DNA of 63,389 nucleotides, filler included, from Hausera hauseri (Eukaryota): NCBI GenBank assembly GCA_046269625.1. It is 11 parts of 11 records of this genome, joined end to end, with 100 filler letters (N's around TTAATTAATTAA, not from the genome) between each part and the next. Parts side by side here need not be neighbours in the genome. Positions count along the whole stretch, not along the records: positions 36,245 to 43,685 come from JBJURY010014677.1; positions 43,786 to 50,740 come from JBJURY010048997.1; 9 more parts are not named here. One strand, 5' to 3'. Shown piece by piece: positions 36,807 to 48,646 of this stretch (position 1 is its first letter; each line of letters starts with the position of its first letter). The notes under the pieces were generated by a model. It saw only the letters and a program-made list of their open reading frames with translations, ran no database searches and was not told where the DNA came from. The position numbers and the translations under genes were made by a program.

Positions 36807-37565
36807 ATGATCAATATCAAAAGTAAAGGTGATGAGTTGTTAGAAACACGATTAAATGAAGCAACGAATCCGTTAAATCCGACATTAAATATTTCAGCTG
36901 TTTATACTTTTTGTGAACAAGTAATTTCAGAAGTAGAAGGACACCAAATTGCCGTTCGATTAATTGCCCATAAAGTTCAATCACCTCAATAAAAAGAGGC
37001 TCTTTATGCGTTCTCTGTGATTGATGAGTGCGTTAAAAGATGCGGCTCAAGGTTTCATCAAGATTTGAAAATTTAGGTTTTTAAATGAACTGATAAAAAT
37101 CATATCGCCAAAGTATTTGGGACGGACAATGTCATCAAGTGTGAAACAACGTAGCATCGAGTGTCTTTATTGTCTGTACAAAGGTTTGCCACAAGAGAAA
37201 AAAAATTGAAGAAGCATATAATATTTTGGAAAAGTAAAATATAATTATGAAGGATCCAACTTACATGGATGATAAGATCTACAAAGTATCTAACGCTTCT
37301 GAACGGTCCCATGATATTTTTGATAGCGGTAAAGACTCGGAACGTCTTGCTCGATTACTCAAAAGAAGAAATCCTGAGGATCTTCGAGAGGCAAAGCGGA
37401 TAATTAAAAATATGGTTCAAGAGGACAACCAGCGGATCGAATTGGTATCGAAAAGGGCCATGGAGTTAGAAACTGTGAAAAACAATATGAAGCTTTTTGA
37501 TGAAATGCTTATTCATTTTGATTTAGTCGAAACTACTACTGATGACATGGGCATCATGAAGGAAA
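36807..37565 (+). pseudogene. GGA: GGA (Golgi-localised ARF-binding adaptor) VHS-GAT pseudogene, intronless, 3'-truncated
   Basis: LETRLNEATNPLN, RLIAHKVQSPQ, RFLNELIKIISPKYLG, LARLLKRRNPEDLREA. Contains stops and frameshifts. Confidence 0.9.
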
Positions 37566-37587
37566 TTAAAATTCCAGATAATCACAC

Positions 37588-37635
37588 TGGTGTCAGAAGT
37601 GGGATTCGAATCCACGTTCAAGAAGTGGACTGCGA
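37588..37635 (+). other. Primer-binding site complementary to tRNA-Leu 3' end including CCA, with extended complementarity
   Basis: TGGTGTCAGAAGTGGGATTCGAATCCACG...GACTGCGA is the reverse complement of the tRNA-Leu acceptor, T arm and variable arm. Confidence 0.8.
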
Positions 37636-37793
37636 GAATAATTAAAGGACCTTTGAGGGGGAATTCGGTTACCCCGAAATTTGGAACCCACCGCGGCGAG
37701 GCTGAGGTCATGACCGCCCACCCTGCACCATTGGGTCAGACGGCACCTTTCGTTGCCGCCCCATAACACGCTCCCGAACATACCACCTCGCCC

Positions 37794-38004
37794 CACTCCA
37801 TCTTCCTTTTTTTAAATAATAAACATATTCACACACACAGCACTACACTTACACACTGCGGCTATTCACAACTTCATTTCTAACTTACTCCACTCCTCTG
37901 ACTTCTACCTCACATAAAATGGGTCTGTAATGCCTTTCACTGGACCCCTCCAAACTTCTACAACTTGTGTCAGCTTTCACATTTACTTCCATATCAGTGG
38001 TGGC
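37794..38004 (+). pseudogene. Ubiquitin-like domain ending in di-Gly immediately before Gag Met (38005)
   Basis: HSIFLFLNNKHIHT/(frameshift)TAAIHNFISNLLHSSDFYLT*NGSVMP...SFHIYFHISGG|MDS, aligning with 1112-1345. Confidence 0.6.
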
Positions 38005-41000
38005 ATGGATTCATCACCCACAATTGATATCACGGACAAACTCACCAAACCACAGATCCCTGTCATTCACTTACCTAAACAAAGTGCTTCAAATACTTGG
38101 ACACAACACACACTCCTAACTCATTCATCCTGCACAGAATACTTCCTCTACAGCCAAAACTCTACTCAAACGTGGCCAAAACTGCGCCAATTCTGGTTCC
38201 AATCACAAAACGTCGTCTACTCTTTATCCGAAGCCAACAGCCTCTTTTCCACTTACCAGCTTCCATCAAAACTAAAATGACCAATATCATCGATATCCTT
38301 CATCACACCGACCCGTATACTCAACTTTTTATGCCGTTCTCAAGATTACTGAACAGTCAATCGACTCCATCATTTAAAGGTTCTTCAACGATAACGCCAT
38401 GGGCCTCCAGAAACCTTCTTAATTCTTACGCACATCCTTGTCTCACCTCAACACCCTTGGCGTAACATCTGAGCATAGTCCAGAACTTATTCGTCGCTAT
38501 TTTTAAATGCATTGCCCCTTAAAATACAAGCTTTGCTTACCATGATCGAGGACTCCACTGCTCTAGACAAGCTAGCCGAATTGGTAGACAAATCATATGA
38601 AGTGTTACACTCACACACAATACCCACTATCTCTGCGGCATTAACAGCAGAGCAACAACAACAAAATGCAATGCTGCAGCAACAAATTGCGCATGTACGG
38701 AACGAAAATGAAATGTTACAGAAGACAATTAACACCATAAACGAAAAATTAAACTAATTAGCGCTGCCTCGGCGGGGTTTTTCTAGGGCTGCTTCTCCTA
38801 ATGTATTCAATCAACGTCAAAGACGGTCGCCTTTGCCCGCGCGGTTATCTATTTGCTATTATCGTAGCAAATTTGGTAACAGTGCTCAAAAATGCTGCAT
38901 TGGTTGCAAATTTTACTCCCCTGATTTCAATACAAGCAACATCGTTTGCATATATCACTCAAAATTTGGCACAAGAGCACAAAAATGCCTACCTGGTTGT
39001 AACTACAACACACACAATAAAATCAACACTACTGAATTCACAAAACACAGTAGGCCAAACTCACCAACTACAAAAAACTGATTTCGCCGCTAGAACACAC
39101 GGCAAGTCCTAGCAAAAGCAACAACCCGCAAAAAGACAGCCGACACATCACCTGTGCTGTATTCACGTTGGAAGCAGCAATCATCACTCCAACAAAGCAA
39201 AACATTAACTTTCTTATAGACACTGGCGCAGCAATCTCTTTAATGCCACCAACACAACACATCCAAAACAATTACACTTCACAGAAGCAACTGTTCACTG
39301 CGTCCGGTGAACCTTTACAAATTTTTAGAGTTACCAAATTAACGTTCACTTTTCCACACCTCCCAAACACATTCACATTGAAATTTACAATAGCTAATAT
39401 ACGCACACATATATTGGGTTCAGACTTTCTGTCTCACTACAATTTACTTGTAGATTGCAAACAATGTTCCTTAAAGTGTGGAAATAATCTTAATCAAATT
39501 AGCAGAATTTCGATGACCACCCGGACGATCGCTTCCAACAAGTAAATACTAAAGCAAACGACTTCCGATTTAAATTATTTTTATAATCATACATTATACA
39601 GAAATTTTTACTACGGTGACAAATGCGATATCGCCAACTGCGTTGCACCTATTACTGATAGCACAGCTGCCAACACCATCTTCAACACGACCATCTTGCA
39701 CCAAATATCACCCAGTCACAACACCTCGTCCATAACTCATACATCGACTGCATCCAGCCACGATGCACCGACACCATCAGATAACTTTTCATTGTTGCCT
39801 TCTGATCTACAACAATACATTTCGTCTTCCTGCACGCGTCTGATGAAGAAGGACAAATCATTCGTACCACCTCAATCTATCTTCCAGCACATAGTAACAG
39901 CACGTCAAAGACCAATCCGGTAAAAGGTCCGCCCACTATCGCCTCGCCACAGACAGGCCGTGGAGGCTGAGTTTCTCGAACTGGAAAATCAGGAATAATC
40001 AGAAGATCCAAATCCCCATGGTCTTCACCACTACATGTGGTTCCAAAAAAGATGGCACCTTTCGCCAATGAGGTAATTACTGCCAAATTAACACCATAAC
40101 AACAATGGATGCCTACCCTCTACCATTAATCAACGATATCCTTCACAGGCTGCATGGTGCGACCATCTTTTCTTGCATTGATCTAAACAAAGCATACCAC
40201 CAAATTTCGGTCGCACCAGCAGACATTCCGAAAACGGTTGTCATTACACCTTTCGGCCTTTTCCAATACCTCTTTATGCCTTTTTGACTCCGTAGCGCTT
40301 CTCAGACGTTCCAAAAGCATATCGATACAGTCCTATCAGGCTTAGACTTCACCTATCCCTATATCGATGATATCTTAAATACATCATTGTCCTTCAAACA
40401 AAACTCTGAACACTTACGTTTAATCTTCCAGCGCTTGCACCAAAACAATTTGCAAATTAATTTCGCCAAATGCTTCTTTTTTCAACATAAGGTCAAATTC
40501 TAGGACATGTTATTAGCTCCTTTGGACATTCACCTCAGTCAGACCGCATCACACAGCTCAAAAACATTCAGCTACCACGTACATCAACAGAGATGCGTTC
40601 TTTCCTCGGAACTTTGCACTTTATTCATAAGTACGTTCCGCATTGCACCATTCTAACCGCTCGTATTTGTCCACCTTTAATTTTGTAATTAAGCACCTAA
40701 ACGGAATCGACAATTTAGTAACTGACTTTTTGTCAAGATCGGTCAGCTCGATTGATTTTACACCAATTTTTCCTCAATCCAAATTTCAGAAAAACCAGCC
40801 ACCTCCTGACATCTTTAAATCTTTTAAATCTTGCAAAAACATCGACGGTGCTGCCTTTGACACCCCCAAACCTAATAATTCCAAAATCATTCTTTCTGAG
40901 TCACTTCAAAAAAAGCATTCCACAGCGTCCATTCAATGCATCATCCCGGTGCCAAGGCCACTTTTCGACTCTTACAACGCCAAGTAGTATGGCCGTCAAT

Positions 41001-41949
41001 GCGCTCTGACGTCCAGGTGTGGATTAGGCAGTGTGTGGCATGCCAAAAATGCAAAGTTACTAAGCACCTAAAACCACCACTATTTCATTTTCCCTGCACG
41101 TCTCATTTCGAATCTGTTCACATTGATCTTGTAGGCTCATTACCCTTAGACAACGGCCATCAGTTCATCCGCACAATGATGGACCGTTCCTCGCAATTGC
41201 CAGAGGCTGTCCCGCTTCGGAGCACCAACACAGAAACCATCGCAGACATTTTCATCCGCACTTGGATCAGCAGGTTTGGATCACCTCGCCACATCATTTC
41301 GGACCAAGGTCCACAGTTCGAATCCAACCTGTTTAAAGCTCTTGTCAATCGATTGGGAATTAACCAATTTCACACATTACCATATCATCCCCAATCGAAT
41401 GGTCTTCTCGAACGCTTTCACCGAACAATGAAAACGTCTCTTAAATTTCTTGCTGAGTCCAATCGCAGTTGGACTACACTCCTTCCGTACGTTCTGCTTG
41501 GCTGGAACAACACACCGTCTACTTCTACAGACTGTTTGCCTGCAGAATCATTATTTGGCACTTCCATCAGATCATTATTCGAGCTGATTAAGCTGGACAA
41601 TACTCCTACAGACGAAATCATACAAGCGTCACAGAGACACTTCGTTGAGATCAGCAAAGATTCATTTTGTAGATTGTTACACGAAAATAAACCCTACATA
41701 CCCGACGATTTATATACTGCCAAGTTCGTTTGGCTAAAGAATCAAACGCAGTGCGGTTTTCAACCTCAGTATGTCAGCCCTTACAAAGTAATTCGCTTAC
41801 ACTCCCACAACATCATAAATTTCAAAGACGACAAAGAAGTAACAGTTCATATCAACAACGCTAAGCCGGTCTTCGTCGTCGACGATACGTCTCCCATCGA
41901 AGTCACTTCTCCACCAACATCTTTATACGACGCGCAGCAATCCAACAAT

Positions 41950-42600
41950 TCACCTTCAATCTCTGCTCAATGCCTTAATCCATTTTCCCCTACGTTTTCT
42001 CCAAAAACTTCCACTTCAATTTCTTCTCACACTTCAACTTCTTTCGCCCCATCCAATTTTGCACCTTAAAGTTTCCCAACATCTCCTCCATCCCCTGGTA
42101 ACAATCTGCTTTCTGCTCTTAAAATACCTCCTCCATCAAACACCATTTCAATTTCACCAATCTCTCCATCTACACCTTTCATCATTCCAACCTCTTGCAT
42201 ACCACTCTCCAACTACTTTCCTTTCCCTTCTCCATCTTCTTGCTCTCTTTCGCCTTGTACCTCTTCGCCGCTTTCTCTCTTTCCTTCTCTTTCCACACCT
42301 TCCTTATCTTCGACGCTTTCTCCGCCTTTCTCCTCACACATCATATTTTACTCCTTTCATTTCCGCCTCGCAACTTCCTCCTCTCTTTACTTCTATACCT
42401 ATCTTTCTTCCTCTCTCTACCACTACCTCTGTTTCATTTTCCACTTCCACTCTTTCATCCAATTTAATTCCAACTTCTACTCCAACTTCTTTCTCTCTTC
42501 CTTTATCCGCAACTACACCTTTAATCATTCCTTCGTCTTTAACAATCTCTCTTCCGCCTTCACATTCTCCTTCTCTTTATTCTGACTCATCTTTTGCACG
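41950..42600 (+). repeat. C/T-rich low-complexity tail (Pro/Ser/Thr-rich integrase extension)
   Basis: Strong pyrimidine bias. A similar tail occurs at ~53290-53460. Confidence 0.7.
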
Positions 42601-42843
42601 ATACAACACTCACAACAAAATCCGACAATTGTTTTCGCCAATTTCAAACTCTGCAACCAAACACACCGCACAAAGACAAAACACGCAGAGTCACATTCAG
42701 CAAGTATAAGCAGGGAAAAATCACTACAAGGCACCCAAAGTCTTGTACACACAAAGACCGACTGACACAGACACTTTTTCGTTTTGCGTTTTTTATCTCT
42801 GTCTCTTTTACCCTTTATAGTTTTCAGTTTGCCACGAAGGTGA

Positions 42844-42960
42844 TGTGGTGCCCACAGCGGCCGGCGCCTTCTGGCCCATTTGGTTGGACACGGCCGGGTG
42901 TCTGTTGTCGCCGCGTCGAGCCCATAGTCGGGCCAGATCTCTCGCCTCGAGATCACCACA
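42844..42960 (+). repeat. Putative short 3' LTR (117 bp)
   Basis: Perfect terminal inverted repeats TGTGGTG...CACCACA after purine-rich GAAGGTGA. Confidence 0.6.
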
Positions 42961-43959
42961 GGATAGCGGTGTTAGTTCTCACTCAAATTCGCCTCCATAT
43001 TACACCATTGCTGTTGCTAAAGCTGCTGTCAAAGGCCATATCACACTCTAATATCTCAGTGCAGCAAAAGCGAAATTTTGGAAGGTATCATAGATTACAA
43101 TCCTGAACTGAAGAAATTTATTGACAATGTATCCGATAACAGTGGTGTATTCACCATTTAGTTTGTTGAAAACTAGCGTTTACAACACGGGTTAAATTTA
43201 GTGTCAAAGTTCCTGTTCGGGAATGATAAAAAATTGACAGACATTCAAGAACAAGAAAATTCCTCCATTTCCAAAGAATTACATATTTCATGCGATACCG
43301 TTGCTAAAACATCCAAATCTTACGCTGACTTCCAGGAATGTAAAGAGGCCGATTTTAATGATTGCTGTTTGTCGTTACAACACGACGTTTACAATCCAAG
43401 CAATAACAGAAGTCCTTCAGAATTTTAGTACATTTACGCTGGTCATGTCACTGGAAAAGATGTTGAAGCTAGATTGATAAATTCGGGTTATGTTAATTCT
43501 GTCTCGCATTCGAAAGATGATGGTGTTGAGACTTCGTTATTCCAGTCCAGCTCTTCTAAATTGTCAGAATCTCGAGATAAAACCAACATAGTCTTTTTAA
43601 AAGAATTCACTGAACTTCGAGAAGAAAATTCATCCCTTAAATCAAAAATCTCCGATGTGTCTAACGAAAACAAAAAATTGCACAANNNNNNNNNNNNNNN
43701 NNNNNNNNNNNNNNNNNNNNNNNNNNNNNTTAATTAATTAANNNNNNNNNNNNNNNNNNNNNNNNNNNNNNNNNNNNNNNNNNNNCACTTGTACAATATT
43801 CCCCCTTAAATGGACACTTGTACAATATTTCCCCTTAAATGGATACTTTTTTTGTCACGCTTTACGGGCAATGTTCCGATTGTGGAACACTACACTTGGC
43901 CCGTACCGAGTCCTCCATACCCGACCGTGGGAAAAAACTGACCTTGTTCTCGACAAAGC

Positions 43960-46176
43960 GTAATCATCTACTATTGGTCATCACATATATTATCCCACAT
44001 ATTAGCCATATCACATATTTTAATGGTAGTATAAATTAGGCAGTGTTGCCAACATGTCGCACTTGTATTGTCAACATGCTGCATTTGTACATTTGTTTTA
44101 ATGCAACAATTGCATGAACTTGTCACATAATTGTGCCATCGTGTTGCATTTGTTTCGTCAACGAGTTGCATTTCTGTATTTGTTTTAATGCATCAATTGC
44201 ATGAAGTGGCCACGTTATTTAATTGATTTAAACAAAACCTTGCTCACATACACACATGAATCCGTGATTATGTATTGCAATGGTATTGCCAACATACTGC
44301 ATTTGTGCATTCATTTTAATGCGCCAAATTTAATTCATCACTTTGAAATTCAGTGGAACACCTGAATTTATCGATTCTCGAATATTCGACTTGTGAACCG
44401 ATATTCAAACTTCTGACGTCATAATCGGACTCCCCATACATGTTTTCCTGTCTATTTACGCTTAGAGATTTATCGATTTTTGCACTCCACACCTTGAAAA
44501 TCAAGTCAATTAAAGCATACACACTTGTGAATTTTTCAATTTAAATTTACTCGGTAAAGATTCATCGAACGTGGTCCATTTTATTCTTTATACAAGGTTT
44601 TCACAGATGTAGAATCAATTAAAACCATCAGATTCTTCGAAACACGTAGGTTGCATCGAGTTCGAATAAATAAATATTGGATTTCGAATAATGTATTCGA
44701 ATATCTAACACCATATTCAGATTCTAGACATATGCTTTCCTATCTATGTGTGCTTAAACATTTATCGATTTTAGTGTGCTTTACCTTTAAATTCACTGCA
44801 ATTGCTTAATCAATATAAGAATTACTTAGCATTTATTAAGTACTTTTACAATATTGGAAAACCTTGTTTTTATACACTGAAATGCACTGCACCGCATTAA
44901 TATTAATTGATATACAGGTTATCGTATATGAGGAATTGAATGATTTCATTAGATTCTTGAAATAATGCATGCTTGACCGAGTTTTAGAATTCGAATAGCT
45001 AAGTATTCGACTTGTAAGCTCGAATTCGAATATCCGATGCCATATTCCAGTTCAGCATACACGACTATCCTATCAAGCCTCACTATTAGACTTATTGATT
45101 TCCGCTTCACTGAGCTTTAAATGCAGATTTTGCTTAATTCGAAATATTGATTTTATATCTGTACAGATCATTTTCATGGAATAAGTATTATGTATAAGAG
45201 GGTTTTCATATATGATGAGTTGATTGCCATTGTTAGATTTTTCGAATAGTTTGAACTTCGATATTCGTGCTCGAGAATATTCGAATTTCGAATATCCGAC
45301 TTGAGATTCGAGATCGCCATATTGGACTCCCTATCTGTCCTCGCTAATTATAATATTGAATTATGTGTGGTAAGGGCAAATAAAACCTATGGGATGTCTG
45401 CCTCTGTTGCATTTGGATCGATATTATTCAAAAACTAATCGATAAATTTACATTCTAACTGCACATTCATATACTGCACCATGTTTGTGTTCGAATGCAC
45501 CAGGTCACATGTCATAATCATCAATATTGGAAATATCGGAAATCCGATATTATTGATGTTTGCACTTGCATATGTGCTTTTGAACTGCGCAGTATATATC
45601 AAGGTGCAACTCGATGTGCTCTATCTACCTGCACTTGACCCCAATCGATTCCATCAATCCTACGCTGCACAGTGACAAATATGCGAAAAGTGAAAAAGTG
45701 CCTTAGCAAGCGTATCCAAGAGCACACTTGGTGGAGTATTTCACTGAACGATAGCACATCAAGTACTCTACCCGCCAGTATATATGCCATATTGATATTA
45801 TTGATTTTTATTTGATAGCGGCAAGGCCTATGGGAAGTCTGCCTCAGTTGGCAATTATTCGAAAACCAATCAATATATTTAAATTCTAACTGCACATTAA
45901 TATAGTGCATCATATGTGCTTTCGATTTCACCCGGTTTCATGTGCTAATCATCAATATTGGGATTATCGGAAATCCGATATTATTGATTTTTGCACACTT
46001 GCACATGTGCTGCAAACATGCACTGTGCACCAATCGATGTGCACAGATGTGCACTATCGATTAGCACTTTGTTCCGATAGATTCGATCAATACTCCACTG
46101 TGCAGATATCGATTTGGGAAATGTGCAAAAATGTGCATAGCAACGGTGCCTAGCGGCACCGTCGCCTAGCACATTC
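43960..46176 (-). repeat. Complex interspersed repeat (GTGCAC/TCGA-rich), homologous to 60670-63017
   Basis: Reverse-complement colinear matches, e.g. GCAACGGTGCCTAGCGGCACCGTCGCCTAGCACATT against 60670-60705. Internal sub-repeats present. Confidence 0.85.
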
Positions 46177-47119
46177 CCGAAATCATTATCACGTGCAAAT
46201 TGATTTTATTGATTCGCACACCCAACCTGGGAAGGGGGCTGGCGCCGTGTGCTCCAATCTACCTACTCCGTTTCTTTCCCTTTCTTGATAATTCACTTTT
46301 AGTCTTCAAAATAAAACGCATGAACAAAATAAAATGCATGACTCAAAGACTGATCTTTAATGTTCGAATTCTTCTCAATCACTGTTAGTTAAAATCATTG
46401 AACACCAAAACTTTATTTGAATAAACTCCGATTTGAAACAAAATCTGAAGATATTCGAAGGGTTAGCAAATCACAAAACGAGTCTGTGATAAACGTCTAG
46501 CTAATGTATAATAAATATAAAGTACTATGATTATCCATATGATATTTTAGTTACTTATCTCCAACTGAAAAAGCGAACATTGGATATTTCTACTGGAAAC
46601 CGGCTAATATCTAATAACAACAACCAAACGACTAGCATAACTCCACCGAATTTACCACGGATTTTATACGACCCGAGAGAGAACCAGGATAGGAGAAATT
46701 CTACTAAACCGAGAGAACTCTCTAAATTCTACTGAGATTTCCTCTACATCCCAAAGTTATTGAAAGAAAGCCAACTGATGAACGAACTTCCAAAATTCGA
46801 GCACCGAAGATTAGATCCAGCGAAACTTAGACGATTCACAGAGACAAGTGTAAGTGAGCAGAATTTCGACTGCCTTCATTCTACTAATAGTACGAAGGAT
46901 GATAACGATTGCCGAAGCAACCGAACGACATTAGTGACATGTTAATATCATTAATTAAAGAATTTGTCAATCATTTCATATTGGTTTATTTTCGATTTTT
47001 TATTTATATTTGTTTCATATAAATATTTATACTAAAAACACGAATAAATACAAAAATAAATAACACGAAACTAAAAATTATTTTATTTAAACGTAAATCA
47101 AAGAAATCCCAGATCTTGT

Positions 47120-47581
47120 TCATTCTTCACTTGCATATTGTTTCACCCATTCCTTTACTTTTTCATCATAAGCCTGACGATTTTTTTTGAACAACTTAGC
47201 TGCTTTAGCATTCAATGGACTGTCAGGGTTTGGATCTGCGAGAAGCAACACAATTGAAAGCAAAGTTTTGTAAATACCCATAGCTGGTGACCATTGGTTT
47301 TCTAATATGTCCAGACAGATATTTTGGTTACTGAAATTTGGATGATAAATTTGTGTAAGAACTTTTACTCTTGGTGGTGAATAAGGGTATTTCTCAGGCA
47401 ATTCTAGACTAAGTCGAAATTTTCCTCCTTCATATGGTGTATCCGGCGGTCCTTGAATTACAGCATCCCATTTAGTAAAATCGTTTTTGTCCGGGGTTGC
47501 ACTGACTAACGAGTTTTTATCTTCATTCAGCCATTTCAGCTCAATGGCTTGTCTTTTCAACATTGCATTGAATTTTGACAT
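47120..47581 (-). CDS. Ubiquitin-conjugating enzyme E2 (UBE2D/Ubc4-like, divergent), intronless, 153 aa
   Basis: WDAVIQGPPDTPYEGGKF, YPYSPP, IYHPNF, active-site ICLDIL..QWSPA, PNPDSPLN. Open frame with AATAAA downstream. Confidence 0.95.
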   Translation of the reverse strand: MSKFNAMLKRQAIELKWLNEDKNSLVSATPDKNDFTKWDAVIQGPPDTPYEGGKFRLSLELPEKYPYSPPRVKVLTQIYHPNFSNQNICLDILENQWSPAMGIYKTLLSIVLLLADPNPDSPLNAKAAKLFKKNRQAYDEKVKEWVKQYASEE

Positions 47582-48646
47582 TAGTACTTTGATTAATGAA
47601 GTAGAATATATAAAATATTTTACAGAAATATCAAACAAATTATTGAAAAATATGACGTTTCCTTAGTTATGAGTCATTCATTAAATTTTTTGAGTTTCCT
47701 TATTAATGAATTTTTTTCTCCAGTTTTTTCCATTTACTAGAAATTTGGTGTTTATCATTACCAGTTACAGATTAATCGGTTAGCAAGGGAAAACCAGTCG
47801 ACCCCTCACGAAATGACAGTCGATACAATGAAAGGACTTTAATGGGTATGTTGGATTCTTACGAAAATTATTTTGACAATTTATTCTCTTATTTGACAAA
47901 ATAACCCTAAGTGAAGCTTTCAAATGTGATATCATTTCGATATCATATTTACCGTCTCCCACATGCATCAGAAAGGGGATCTTTAATAAAGCATTCAATC
48001 ATATTTTCGACAAATGTTCAAATGTCTAAGATTTAGTCAAAACACTGCCATTGTTCATGTATAAAGCCAAAATTTATGCATAAGCGCACAGATGTTAGCG
48101 AGTGGACTGAAAAGTGGACGAATAAATTTTGCAAGGAACATTATTGGAATATCCAATGCATATTTCAATAAAATTTTTCATGAATGTAGGTATCAATATT
48201 ATAAGAATTCTACCAAAATTTTATCTCCTGTAAATCATTTTAGTCAACAAAATTTGATTTAAAAATATTTAAAATAATTGTTTTAATTAATAAAATAAAT
48301 TTTTTTTATCTTATTGAAATTACCGAATTATTTCAAGAAATTTGCACGAAACTTTTACTTTAAATATGAAATTGCCGTGTAGAATTTTTGAAATTTGTAC
48401 ATGATGTAAAACTTCAAAATTCTCAACAGATTTAGTGTGTTGATGTGTCTTCATGATTTCATTGTATGTATTATCAATATACAATACAGTAGCATGGATA
48501 CACACAAACTAATCACACGCACACACTCACAAAATCCGAAATGCTTCCGAGAAAATCCTGCTGATGAACTGTATGCTTATTATTTACGTATGACACTTTC
48601 AATTCAATTTTATTTGTGAATATTGAATACAAATAGATAATGAAAG

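Larger units (their letters stand above)
37565..42960 (+). mobile_element. Ty3/gypsy LTR retrotransposon (UBL-Gag family), decayed, RNase H deleted
   Basis: PBS, Gag (~38005-39081), PR FLIDTGAAISL, RT YIDDIL, IN 40936-42069, pyrimidine-rich tail, 3' LTR. Confidence 0.93.

Noticed and set aside
37588-37660. Functional tRNA-Leu gene on the minus strand
   Set aside because: Only the 3' half is present, and it has encoded CCA; this fits a PBS.
42059-42709. Leu/Phe/His-rich membrane protein ORFs
   Set aside because: By-product of C/T low-complexity sequence.
43201-43685. Coiled-coil ORF fragments after the LTR
   Set aside because: No diagnostic motif, interrupted and truncated; cannot be assigned.
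46505-47030. Possible solo LTR next to the E2 gene
   Set aside because: No clear TG..CA boundaries with TSD and no second copy in the window.
1112-47581. UBL domains plus E2 as one linked ubiquitination operon
   Set aside because: They lie on different contigs, so co-occurrence in the window is not physical linkage. No E1, E3 or DUB was seen.
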